From NCBI GenBank assembly GCA_028285755.1, contig JANQOQ010000008.1:193399-257398 (forward strand): a stretch of 64,000 bases of DNA, written 5' to 3'. Source of the DNA: Puniceicoccaceae bacterium (GTDB lineage: Bacteria; Verrucomicrobiota; Verrucomicrobiia; Opitutales; JAFGAQ01). Below the pieces are notes generated by a model that saw only the letters and a program-made list of their open reading frames with translations, was not told the DNA's origin and made no database searches. The position numbers were made by a program, and so were the translations under genes. The stretch's first letter is position 1. The number at the start of each line of letters is the position of its first letter. Shown here piece after piece: positions 20,613 to 30,200 of the stretch.

Positions 20613-21320
20613 CTAAATCTTTTTAATCTTTTGTTCATCAAGGTTTTTTTCCAATATGCTTGTAAAACCTCTCCAAAATTCCTTGCTGTCTTTTTCTATT
20701 ACAGTCTCAAGTGTTAACTGAGCCTGAATTGCGTATGCCACAAATTCCTCAACTCTTGATTCCCTGCTAAGATGTTCTAGGGATTTCTTTAATTTCTGTA
20801 TTGTGAATTTTTGGGGTTTTTGGTCATGCGCAAATGATGCGTTGATATCAGAAACACACTGTTTTACGGCAGTAATTAAGGACTTTTCTCTGGATATTTC
20901 ACTTAAGAAATAGTTAGTTGAATTTACCAAATTCTGCTGTGCAACTAGAACAGCTAAGATAAATGTTGGTATGGAAACTAATAGAGTATCCGAAATATTC
21001 CATTCATTTCTATTTCCTAAATAAAGCAGAACGGGAATAGATATGCCGGCAATAATCACAAGAAAACCTGTGATGTGCACTAAAGCTTTAAAGGACTCTA
21101 ATTTGAGATTCCATGTATTTCCTGATTTTCCTGATCTCCATTTCAATAACTCCAAGATAGAAGAGAATAGCAAGCCTGACAAAAAAACCCAGGCAATCAT
21201 ATGATATACAATATCAAATGCGTTTATAGACCATTCTGGATAATCGAGCTTTTTGGAAAGCAAGAAGTTGATGAAAATTATTATAAATAGTAGTGAAGCT
21301 ATTTTTTTGGTAAGGAACAT
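20613..21320 (-). CDS. Island membrane protein (about 4 TM helices plus a charged helical C-terminal domain), unknown function
   Basis: 235-aa ORF. Hydrophobic segments are IASLLFIIIFINFLL, MIAWVFLSGLLFSSIL, ALVHITGFLVIIAGISIPVLLYL and LLVSIPTFILAVLVA, followed by a soluble tail of about 95 aa. It is co-directional with, and 63 bp downstream of, the HTH gene. Confidence 0.6.
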   Translation of the reverse strand: MFLTKKIASLLFIIIFINFLLSKKLDYPEWSINAFDIVYHMIAWVFLSGLLFSSILELLKWRSGKSGNTWNLKLESFKALVHITGFLVIIAGISIPVLLYLGNRNEWNISDTLLVSIPTFILAVLVAQQNLVNSTNYFLSEISREKSLITAVKQCVSDINASFAHDQKPQKFTIQKLKKSLEHLSRESRVEEFVAYAIQAQLTLETVIEKDSKEFWRGFTSILEKNLDEQKIKKI

Positions 21321-21383
21321 TCTATATAATTTTACTTGAAAGCTGTTGTATGATTTTTACCAAAAGACTACAACTTATATGAC

Positions 21384-21680
21384 TTAGAGATTTTTTTGAG
21401 CTAGAAATTCTATGTCTTCAAGCCTATAACGATAAGTATTGGGTAGTATCTCAACTGAACTAAGAATACCATCTTTTTTCATCTTCCAAAGCGTCCCGCG
21501 ACTTACGCCAAGCATCTTAGCAGCATCCTTTTGAGTCAGTAATAGCACTTCACGACCACCAGATGCCTTCATTGAAATCCTGCCGGCGATCAAATCTTCA
21601 AGCACCGCCTTATCAACAAAAGACAAGCTCTCATCCGTTTCACGGATTGTTCTTAGCAAGCTGATACTGGTCTTATTCAT
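21384..21680 (-). CDS. Excisionase/AlpA/MerR-type helix-turn-helix DNA-binding protein
   Basis: 98-aa ORF. LLTQKDAAKMLGVSRGTLWKMKKDGIL ... YRYRLEDIEFL is the HTH_17/excisionase-family pattern. Confidence 0.7.
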   Translation of the reverse strand: MNKTSISLLRTIRETDESLSFVDKAVLEDLIAGRISMKASGGREVLLLTQKDAAKMLGVSRGTLWKMKKDGILSSVEILPNTYRYRLEDIEFLAQKNL

Positions 21681-21901
21681 TGTTCCTCACACAGTATATG
21701 CGCGAGAAACCATCAAATATCCCAAGATTTTTTTGCAAAAAATCCATACAAGCTACCATGGCCATTAAGTATAGACTCTAATTTGTATCTTTGTTTTCTG
21801 GCGAGTGAGTCTTGTTAGAAACATTTCTTATCGATTGCGTCGATATAGCGTAATATTTCATGATATGTCTTAAAGATTTCAGTAAGTAATTAGAGTTTAC
21901 G

Positions 21902-24900
21902 ATGAAACGTCCTTTTTTTAATAAATCCATTACAGATCTGGAAGGTGCTTACAAAGACGGCTATAAAAATCCTGATCTTTTGAAGATACTTTTGGATGAG
22001 TTAAACCATCGTTCTACAAAACGATCTGACAAGCTCAAGCAGCAGATAAAAAATGCAATAAGCGAGAATAATCTACATAAGAGAGTAGACATAAAGGACG
22101 ATGTTACTTTAAAGCCCATACAAAAAGTAGAGCCAGCATCACCTGCTATACCAAGACAAGAAATCCCAAAAATTGAGAATAAGCCCGAAGATATTTTGTC
22201 GGCTTGGTCTGCTTTGGAGGTTTTGTCACCACCGACCTTTGATAAGCCAGAAAAACTGGCGGGTGGAGATAAGCTCGCTGTTGCTGATATACGCCATAAA
22301 GTCATGCCTTGGGAGAATGGAGTAGAGAGAGGCCGCAAAAATCAAAAACTCTACTATCATATTATCCTGGGCAGCATAAAAATGGATGAATCAGTTGCTG
22401 ATTTAATGAAAATCTATGCGGACAAGCGTGCTGAAAAGCCACTGGCTAAAGGTCGTGCTATTTTAGCCTCTGTCACTGTTAATAAAGAAGGCCAACCAGT
22501 TGGTGAATCTATGGTTACCATTGCTAGTTTCGGTTGGGGTGTTTCCAGGGCGTTAAAAGGTCACTTGAAGGATTTGGGAAACTGGTCTGCAACCGAGAAG
22601 GAACTCATCGAGGGTTTAGAGCCTATTCTGAACAAAACGGACGAAAATGGCGAAATAGCTCAGCTTAATTATGAAGTAATTCAAAATGCATATAATTGGC
22701 TTATCAAATCGCTTGAACTTCCTTCTCATTTAGTTTGCCCGCCCGAATTTGTACTCCGAACCTATCAGTATTATAAAAATGCTGAACCGCCAGAAGCATT
22801 GATATTGAACAGTTTTTTCCTTAATGATTTGGAAAAGGCAAAGCTTTCATTTCAAGGTAATAAGGCTACAGCGAACCTCAGGCGGTATCTAGGAGTTATT
22901 CAACCTCAATACCGACATAATTTATTGGTTGATAGTGAAGCTCTTGAGGAAACGATAGCACCCAGTTTGTTCCCAATTTCTTGTTGGTCAGGTCAAGGTC
23001 ATCATCCACTGGTTTTACTCCAGCAATCGGGTGTCAATTTAGCAGGGCAAGTCTTAGAGGATGAGGGTATCCTTGCGGTTAATGGGCCTCCTGGCACAGG
23101 CAAGACTACTTTATTACGGGATGTCGTTGCTGAGATTATAACTAAGCGCGCAAAGGCTATGAGTGCATTTGAAAACCCTTCTGAAGCATTCAAACATACA
23201 GGCAAAAAAATAAAGGCAGGAAATGGTTGGTTACATCTTTATGAGCTTCATCAATCTATACGTGGTCATGAAATACTAATTGCGTCTTCCAATAATAAAG
23301 CAGTGGAGAATGTAAGTGCTGAATTACCTGGCATTGATTCAATCGCTGATGATGTTGATTTGAGGTATTTCAAAACGATTTCCGACATACTTACGGGTAA
23401 GGATAGTTGGGGTCTCATTGCTGGAGTGCTTGGAAATTCACAGAACCGTTACGATTTTAAACAATCGTTTTGGTGGGATAAGGATTTCGGATTAGCAACC
23501 TATCTAGCGGAAGCATCAGGAACACCCCAATTTATTGAAGAGAAAGATAAAACAACACGTAAGCCTCATGTGATAAAAAATGAGAACCCACCAAAGAATG
23601 CAAATGACGCATTGCTCAGATGGAAAGCTGCCCAGCAAAAATTTAATAGCGCCTTAGATCAGGCCGAAGATGCCATCAATAAATTTGAGGTTATTAGGGT
23701 CAAAGTTAAGATCCTTTCCGCCCTAAAGGATCAAAAAAATGCAATTGCGGATTTACGATATTGGAAGTCTAAATGGCCAGGATTTTGGGCATGGCTATTT
23801 CAGCTATCACACTACCGCGAATGGAAGTCAGAATATACCAGCAGGCAAATCAAACTAAGAAAAATTGAACATCATCTTAGAAAACTTCAGAAAGATATAA
23901 ATCTTCCTACACTCAACATGGAAGCCATATCTGTTGAAATAGAACAATGCAAAAAGCGCCTTGGACTGACCATAGTTGATGAAGAATTTCATTCACTCGA
24001 CCATGATGTGAAACAAGGATTGTCGCCATGGCTTGATAATGAAACTCATAAGTTGCGTGAAAAAGTGTTTATTGAAGCAATGAAACTCCACAAGACGTTT
24101 ATTGATAGCGCAGCAAAGCCAATACGGCATAATTTGGGCGTGCTTATGAATGTTTGGGATGGAAAGTCATTACGAGAAAACAATGATCTTTTGCCGGATT
24201 TATGGGCATCCCTTTTTTTGATCGTTCCGGCTCTTTCAACAACGTTTGCTTCTGTAGATCGTATGATTGGCAAATTGCCAGCTGACTCTCTAGGGTGGCT
24301 TTTAATTGATGAAGCTGGACAGGCATTGCCTCAGGCTTCTGTGGGTGCGATAATGCGAACAAAACGCGCTTTCATCGTTGGTGATCCAATTCAAATTGAG
24401 CCTATAGTTGCATTGCCCGACACTCTTACAGAGTCAATTTGTCGTCAGTTTGGTATTGATTCAGATGATTATAATGCACCAACAGCCTCAACTCAAACAC
24501 TTGCCGATACTGCCACGCCCTACATGGCTGAATTTGCAAGCCAAGGTAGCAGCCGGACAGTGGGCATACCGCTTCTTGTCCATCGACGCTGTAGAGAGCC
24601 CATGTTTGGTATATCTAATTCGATTGCCTATGAAAATTTGATGATAAACAAAAAGGTCGCTAAGACATCTGATATTGAGAATTGTCTAGGACCTTCACAA
24701 TGGTTCCATATAGAGGGGGCTGCGAGGGATAAATGGAGCAAGGAAGAAGGACAAATGGTTTTGTCATTATTAAGCCAACTCAAAGATGCGGATGTTTATC
24801 CAGATCTTTACATTGTTACCCCATTTGTTGTTGTGCAAGATAACCTACGAAGAATTATCCGGGATAAAGGCATTCTTAAAGGCTGGGTAGATAATCCGAA

Positions 24901-25138
24901 ATGGGTTTATGAAAGAATTGGCACCGTTCATACTGTTCAAGGTCGTGAAGCTGAAGCTGTTATTTTCGTTTTAGGTGCTCCAGAATTAAAACAACAGGGT
25001 GCGCGAGGCTGGGCTGGAGGCAGGCCAAATTTACTTAATGTGGCGGTCACACGTGCTAAAGAGGTTTTATACGTAATCGGCAATAGAGAACTCTGGAAAA
25101 ACTCAGGAACTTTTAAGCAAGTCGATAGTCGCCTTTAG
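21902..25138 (+). CDS. Superfamily-1 helicase of the Upf1/DNA2-like (AAA_11/AAA_12) type with an unassigned N-terminal region
   Basis: 1078-aa ORF. Motifs seen: Walker A VNGPPGTGKTT (aa 393-403), Ia ILIASSNNKAVENV, II LLIDEAGQ (aa 800-807), III FIVGDPIQIEPI, V/VI GTVHTVQGREAEAVIFVLG and NVAVTRAKEVLYVIGN. There is an insertion of about 330 aa between Ia and II, and the first 380 aa or so have no motif I recognise. Confidence 0.9.
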   Translation: MKRPFFNKSITDLEGAYKDGYKNPDLLKILLDELNHRSTKRSDKLKQQIKNAISENNLHKRVDIKDDVTLKPIQKVEPASPAIPRQEIPKIENKPEDILSAWSALEVLSPPTFDKPEKLAGGDKLAVADIRHKVMPWENGVERGRKNQKLYYHIILGSIKMDESVADLMKIYADKRAEKPLAKGRAILASVTVNKEGQPVGESMVTIASFGWGVSRALKGHLKDLGNWSATEKELIEGLEPILNKTDENGEIAQLNYEVIQNAYNWLIKSLELPSHLVCPPEFVLRTYQYYKNAEPPEALILNSFFLNDLEKAKLSFQGNKATANLRRYLGVIQPQYRHNLLVDSEALEETIAPSLFPISCWSGQGHHPLVLLQQSGVNLAGQVLEDEGILAVNGPPGTGKTTLLRDVVAEIITKRAKAMSAFENPSEAFKHTGKKIKAGNGWLHLYELHQSIRGHEILIASSNNKAVENVSAELPGIDSIADDVDLRYFKTISDILTGKDSWGLIAGVLGNSQNRYDFKQSFWWDKDFGLATYLAEASGTPQFIEEKDKTTRKPHVIKNENPPKNANDALLRWKAAQQKFNSALDQAEDAINKFEVIRVKVKILSALKDQKNAIADLRYWKSKWPGFWAWLFQLSHYREWKSEYTSRQIKLRKIEHHLRKLQKDINLPTLNMEAISVEIEQCKKRLGLTIVDEEFHSLDHDVKQGLSPWLDNETHKLREKVFIEAMKLHKTFIDSAAKPIRHNLGVLMNVWDGKSLRENNDLLPDLWASLFLIVPALSTTFASVDRMIGKLPADSLGWLLIDEAGQALPQASVGAIMRTKRAFIVGDPIQIEPIVALPDTLTESICRQFGIDSDDYNAPTASTQTLADTATPYMAEFASQGSSRTVGIPLLVHRRCREPMFGISNSIAYENLMINKKVAKTSDIENCLGPSQWFHIEGAARDKWSKEEGQMVLSLLSQLKDADVYPDLYIVTPFVVVQDNLRRIIRDKGILKGWVDNPKWVYERIGTVHTVQGREAEAVIFVLGAPELKQQGARGWAGGRPNLLNVAVTRAKEVLYVIGNRELWKNSGTFKQVDSRL

Positions 25139-25148
25139 TAAGTATTGA

Positions 25149-25199
25149 CCACAAGTTCGTTCGGCTTGGCTGTTTGGGGGCCGCCAACCGAACTTGTGG
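25149..25199. other. Long imperfect GC-rich hairpin directly after the helicase stop
   Basis: CCACAAGTTCG ... CGAACTTGTGG forms an 11-bp outer stem, with an inner TTGGC/GCCAA helix. There is no T-run, so this is not a canonical intrinsic terminator. Confidence 0.45.
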
Positions 25200-25399
25200 A
25201 CAATACAAATAGGCATAATCTTATGGTAAAAGTGCGAGACACAATACCCTAAGGCCTCGCGGCCTTAGGAAAACAAGAAGTCTTCCAAGGGTGCTCCAAG
25301 CGCATGACAAGTAGCTGACAACCCCTTGGCAACGTCCTTCCAAGTTAAAAAACAAGGGGAAAACAAGGGGTTTTGTGCGAATGCTACGCATATACTTGT

Positions 25400-25759
25400 A
25401 TGGACACATTTTTTGAAAAGCACAAACGCCCTCACACGAGCATCCTTGAAGAGTGGTGGGACGAGATCGAAGCCATGCGCACCCAGGAGTGGCCTTATCG
25501 TAGGATTGCCGACTGGCTTAGGAACAATAAGGAAATTACAATCAGTGCCGAGGCCGTCCGGCAATTTTGCAAGGTTCGTGACATTTCCAAAGGCAATTCT
25601 GAAAGACAACCTAAAGCAAGACCTTCAAGAACACCGACTAAGCCGCTGAAACAAAACCGTTATCCTAAACCCAAAACTCCCGTTAAACGAATTTTTGAAT
25701 ACGATGATACCGAGCCCATCGATATTCATAATAAGAAATCTGCGAAATCAGGCTTTTAA
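25400..25759 (+). CDS. Small HTH-like protein with a basic low-complexity tail (transposase-N-terminal/regulator-like)
   Basis: Read from Met10 of the ORF: MDTFFEKHKRPHTSILEEWWDEIEAMRTQEWPYRRIADWLRNNKEITISAEAVRQFCKVR. YRRIADWL..N..ITIS..AV..F resembles a helix-turn-helix. The assignment is weak. Confidence 0.4.
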   Translation: MDTFFEKHKRPHTSILEEWWDEIEAMRTQEWPYRRIADWLRNNKEITISAEAVRQFCKVRDISKGNSERQPKARPSRTPTKPLKQNRYPKPKTPVKRIFEYDDTEPIDIHNKKSAKSGF

Positions 25760-25791
25760 ACCGTTTCGCAAGAGATGTAGACGATCTATAA

Positions 25792-26190
25792 CTATTTTGT
25801 GATGAGTATTTCGGCCAGCTGGGTAAGGCTTACAATTGTAACGCCCTGGACAGTTCTTCGATACAAATGACCAAAATCGCGCTTGTCTCCGGTAACCAGG
25901 TAATCGCATTTTCCGGCAATTGCTGAACATAGGATTGGAGCATCTTTTTCAACCAATTCTACCTTTAGCTCAAAACTGCTGGTTCCTACCCATTCTACGT
26001 TTTCACAGAGTTTATCAAACCCTTTTTGCCATTGAGGACGTTTAGCAACAATATTGCGGCTCGCTTCTTCCCGTGCGTAATCGCTGGAAACGGCGGTAGC
26101 TTTCTCCAATATCAGTGCAACAAGCCTTTCAACCTGGCTGTTGGAATTTGCACCCGCAAACAGGACATTGGCATCAAGAAAAATCCTCAT
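25792..26190 (-). CDS. PIN-domain toxin (VapC-like)
   Basis: 132-aa ORF with MRIFLDANVLFAG (N-terminal acidic D), ..VTGDKRDF (C-terminal acidic motif) and PIN-size length. The start overlaps the antitoxin stop (ATGA). Confidence 0.85.
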   Translation of the reverse strand: MRIFLDANVLFAGANSNSQVERLVALILEKATAVSSDYAREEASRNIVAKRPQWQKGFDKLCENVEWVGTSSFELKVELVEKDAPILCSAIAGKCDYLVTGDKRDFGHLYRRTVQGVTIVSLTQLAEILITK

Positions 26191-26423
26191 CAGGGATTCT
26201 TCTGATTCAGGATTGCCTCAAGAGATTCTTCTTCACTTAAGAATTCCGCAATTCTCTCTTCTGAGTAGGTCTCAACCGGCAAGCTTATAGAGGGGCGTAA
26301 TAATATCCCCTCATCCGTGGTCTCCATGATGAGCTGGTCATTTTGCTTCATACCAAAGCTTTTTCTGACCTTTGAAGGGATCGTAATAGCGCCCCGGCGG
26401 CCTATGGTGATTTTTTCAAACAT
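26190..26423 (-). CDS. AbrB/MazE/SpoVT-type antitoxin
   Basis: 77-aa ORF. ITIGRRGAITIPSKVRKSFGMKQNDQLIMETTDEGILLRP is the swapped-hairpin AbrB-like motif. It is translationally coupled to the PIN gene. Confidence 0.85.
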   Translation of the reverse strand: MFEKITIGRRGAITIPSKVRKSFGMKQNDQLIMETTDEGILLRPSISLPVETYSEERIAEFLSEEESLEAILNQKNP

Positions 26424-26442
26424 AATTACAGTATAGCCGAAT

Positions 26443-26458
26443 TTCCGTCATTCCGTCA
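26443..26458. promoter_or_regulatory. Tandem TTCCGTCA x2 just upstream of the antitoxin start (candidate operator)
   Basis: TTCCGTCATTCCGTCA lies 20-35 nt upstream of the antitoxin ATG (26423, minus strand). It is flanked by GCCGAA / TTCGGC inverted half-sites. Confidence 0.35.
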
Positions 26459-26736
26459 ACATTTTCGGCAATTTTAAAAAACAAGCCAAAGATATGACGC
26501 TTTCCCTAAGCTTGAGCTGACTCAATACAAATAAAATTTCCCTTTTCATATCAGGTTGGGCTATACTCGCTCTTGCCAGGTGCAAATTCACCTGGACGGG
26601 CTTAACAACTCAAGCACACATTCGGTCTTATGGGCCGGATGGCGAAGAAATAAGGCCAATCCGGCTGAATACTTCGCGCAGTGCGTGTGCGCTGTTGTTA
26701 ACGTCCGGTCTACCAATCGACCAAGGAGTAAGACCG

Positions 26737-26877
26737 ATGCAAAATACCGTATTCAAAAGTGACATTTTAAAAGACCTGGCCTTTTACAAAGCCATAAAAT
26801 TCTTTGCCGTTTCTAACGACAATTTCAGTGAATCAGTATCCCCCGCAGAGATCGAAAGCGATAACAAACAAGTTTGA
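26737..26877 (+). CDS. Small ORF (46 aa) with a strong Shine-Dalgarno, unknown function
   Basis: AAGGAG lies 8 nt upstream of the ATG at 26737. The product is MQNTVFKSDILKDLAFYKAIKFFAVSNDNFSESVSPAEIESDNKQV. It is preceded by a GC-richer hairpin-rich leader of about 180 nt. Confidence 0.35.
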   Translation: MQNTVFKSDILKDLAFYKAIKFFAVSNDNFSESVSPAEIESDNKQV

Positions 26878-27174
26878 TTATCCCCTTCGATACTCGACCT
26901 ATAAACTCTGGCAGACCTTGAGCAATCAAGGACTGCCTTCTTTTTAGGAGCTGCGCCCCTCGCCCAGTAAAGCCGTGTCCCCAATCTTCATTCGTGCCTC
27001 ATTGTAGATTGGGTGATCCCCCTCGGCGTTGACTGCGCACACCCGCTGTATGGGTCGGCTGGTCATGGGTTGCTTGAGCAACCCTTTTTCCATGAAAGCA
27101 TAAAGGAAGCGGCAGGGCATTTTGCGATTAACGCGCTTAAGAAAAGCAGGGAATACGCCGATTATTGATAGCGA

Positions 27175-27201
27175 TGAAACAGATTCGGGGATTCTGTTTC
27201 A
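27175..27201. repeat. Lox-like recombination-site candidate A (TGAAACAGATTCGGGGATTCTGTTTCA)
   Basis: 10-nt inverted arms TGAAACAGA(T)/(A)TCTGTTTCA flank an asymmetric G-rich centre. It is 26/27 identical to the reverse complement of 30939-30965 and lies 8 nt beyond the SIR2 stop codon. Confidence 0.6.
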
Positions 27202-27209
27202 TGTCAACT

Positions 27210-30200
27210 TTATTGAGACATAACCTTTGGATTCACTGCAAGAGCACCTTCCGAATTAAACTGAAGCTCACATTTCACATCCGATTGCTCCTTCAAGATA
27301 GTGTCACCCCATTTAGAGCCTGGGCATATAACATTCATTGGTATACCATCAGTTTGTATCCAAGCTGCTCCTCGTGCGAGATGAACAATCTTTCCTCGCA
27401 CATAAAGAGGTTTGGATGGATCTGTTTTATCTGCTGGAACAAAATGCACTTCTCTTCTTTCACCAATTGAAAAACTTTGTTTTTTACTTTCTCCAACTGT
27501 ATCACGATATTTTGAGAAGTTTTTCTCAATAAAATACAAGCCAGCGAGTATCGAAATAAATCGTGGATCCTTTGTCCCTTGGTATGCGGCAAGATTCAAC
27601 ACTGCAATTGCCTCCGAATTGGTAAGATTTAACCCCAAAATTGATTTTGCATACTCCAGCGCTAGTCGAAAATCATCAGGTGTATCTGTAATAGCTGGCT
27701 CAACTACCTTCTTTGCCTGAGCGTATTCACCATTCTTATTGTAAACTCTCGCAAGAAGATACCTAGACAGATGTGTACTATGCGAAGATTCAACGGCCCT
27801 AAGTAGAGAATCAATCTGCTTTGGGTTGTCCCCAATGTAGTGAGAAATGTCAGAAGAAAGAATCCAAAGCGCTTCTTTGTTCCTTGCAGAATTTATACCT
27901 TCTGTGATTTCTCTTTCAGCCTTAGCAAGATACTCTGCTGACTCAGATACATCGTGGTCCTCTATGAATTTCGCCCACCTGAAAAAGATGTTTGCAAGTC
28001 CATGTATACAATACTCGTCATTGGCTTTTATTTTCAATCCATTCCTAAAAGAAACCTCACTTTGTATTAAGTGTTTTCTTGCGATATCTATACTTTCACT
28101 ATTAAAAGCAAGATCAGATAGAATTTCACCTTTTGTATGGTGAAGTATCCTTTTCGGATTTATTTCGAGCGCCTTATCAATCTGTCCTAATGCAAGCGAA
28201 AACCTTTTCTCCCGAGAGAACATTCGAGCATAATGCTGGAACACATACATATTTTTAGGATCTTTTCTGCATGCTGTTTCAAAAAACTTAGTTTTCCCCT
28301 CCAAACTACTTATACTATCTACGAGAGAGTCTGTGCGAATGAAGCTCTCAAAAGCATCCCTATCAGATTTGTGAGTCAAATTTAGAAAACCTAGAGCTTT
28401 TTGTAATATACTTTCTTGTAATAAAGACTCTCCACAACGTTCCCATACGATCTGAGCAATCTTTTTGTGCCTAGGCCTAACACCATAGATTCCACGACTT
28501 ACATTGATATCTTCGTCTACGATAACTCCATCCAAATACTGATTCAAGATTGGATGCAGCTCAGTCTCCTTGAGATTTAACAGTTGAGCCAATAAACTAG
28601 TTCTGAGAATATTCCCATTTTGATAGAAGCAACACACAGACAGGTAAATCTCTTGAGCACAGGCATCGCTTATTCCACGATACTCATCTTCTAAAATAGC
28701 ATCAAAAGATCTGCCTTCAGTCGTTTCTCGCATTGTTACCAGAAGTTCTTGCCCTAAATTATTTTTAACCGCAGCACGTTGCAATTCAGGAGAAAGATCA
28801 TTTAACACACCTAAGCTAGAGTGTTTTTTCAAAAAACCTAGCAGCAACCCGATCTCTCGATCAGAAAGAATCTCAATTTCAAATTCCTTGCCACCGGGAC
28901 TTGTAGCAAGAAATTGATTCCATTCATTTTTTCTGCTGCCAAGAACAAAAAGAACCTGTCTTTTGTTCTCTCTAAATTTATGGAGTATATTCGCAATTCG
29001 AGTTTTAAATCTCGCAGCATTGTCTACAATAAATACAGCAGTTCCGTTGGTAGCGCTAAGAGCAAACTCAATATCCCCATCCAAGAAGTTTCCCACTTCT
29101 TTCAGATAGAAAATGGGGGCGGCATTTTCTTTTATTAGACGAACAGATAAAGCCATCAATAATGACGTCATGCCATACCCAGCAGGTGCTAGAACTGTTA
29201 GCACACTCGGACGACCCATTGGTGAGGTAATATAATCCAAGCATTCATTATACAAATCTTCCTCTAAATCACGTTCAAAATAGTCGCCTGTTCCTATCAA
29301 TGACCAACTGGGCTTATCTCCCTTTAAAAAGTTATCCAAGTTTCTTTTTTCTTCAAAAGGGGCCTGATTTACATAAACCCAAGAGGTGAAAAGTCTTAAA
29401 AATGGAGCAATGTTTTCATTTGCTAATGAGTGAAAATCTGGTGGAATTTCGGCTTTAAGTTTTTCCAGGTCAAAATCACTGATAGAATCTGAGAGTTGGC
29501 TTTTAAGTGATGAAACAAAATCAGTCAGGTTTTGAGGAATAGTTTCAATTCCATCAGACTTTAGAAGCATTTCTTCCAAGGTGTTTGTTGATGGAGAAAC
29601 CCTGAATGCACGTGGAAGTTCGGCGGGGTGATACTGATCTTTCAGATCTCTCAAAAGTGTTTCCCAGTTAGGATCACTGTTGGAATACCCAACATACAAG
29701 ACAGTGGAAACGGTAGAATCCATTTTCAACAAATCGAAGAGCATTTCTCTTTGTGATTTGAAGAGGTGGTAATCGTTTTTTGTGATGACAATGTTTGTTA
29801 GCCTCTCTCCATAGAGAATACCATGAAGATAAATTACTGGCATCTCCACATTACGATGGTAGTCTTTTACTTCTCTTGATAGCGTAAAAAAAACTGGCTT
29901 CTTTTTGATATCACGAATCTGCTCATAAGCGCGTTTGATAGATTCATCGTAATTGGTTGTGTATACAGATCTCCACTGTAACGACAACAACCATTTCAAA
30001 TCATCATCGGGCTCTGCATCACGAAATCTAGTTGCTAAATAACTCTCTAAAGAATCTCGATCTGTTTGCATTTCAACAACACTCGAAACGAGAATAAGAT
30101 CATCATTTCGTTCTATTGAAAATCTATCACAAAGCTCGTGCGCCAACTCTTTTCCAGTCGGGAGTCTTTTTCCGCCAGAAGTTACATTAAATCCAATTCC

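Noticed and set aside
25221-25649. Several overlapping 60-115-aa ORFs on both strands after the helicase gene.
   Set aside because: They are mutually exclusive and motif-free, and lie in a hairpin- and repeat-rich spacer. Only the frame containing an HTH-like segment (from ATG 25400) was kept, at low confidence.
27165-27470. 101-aa plus-strand ORF starting in site A and running antisense to the SIR2 3' end.
   Set aside because: It has Cys/Phe/Ile-rich, non-protein-like composition and is fully antisense to the well-supported SIR2 gene. It was considered as a possible product of an inverted state, but there is no evidence for that.
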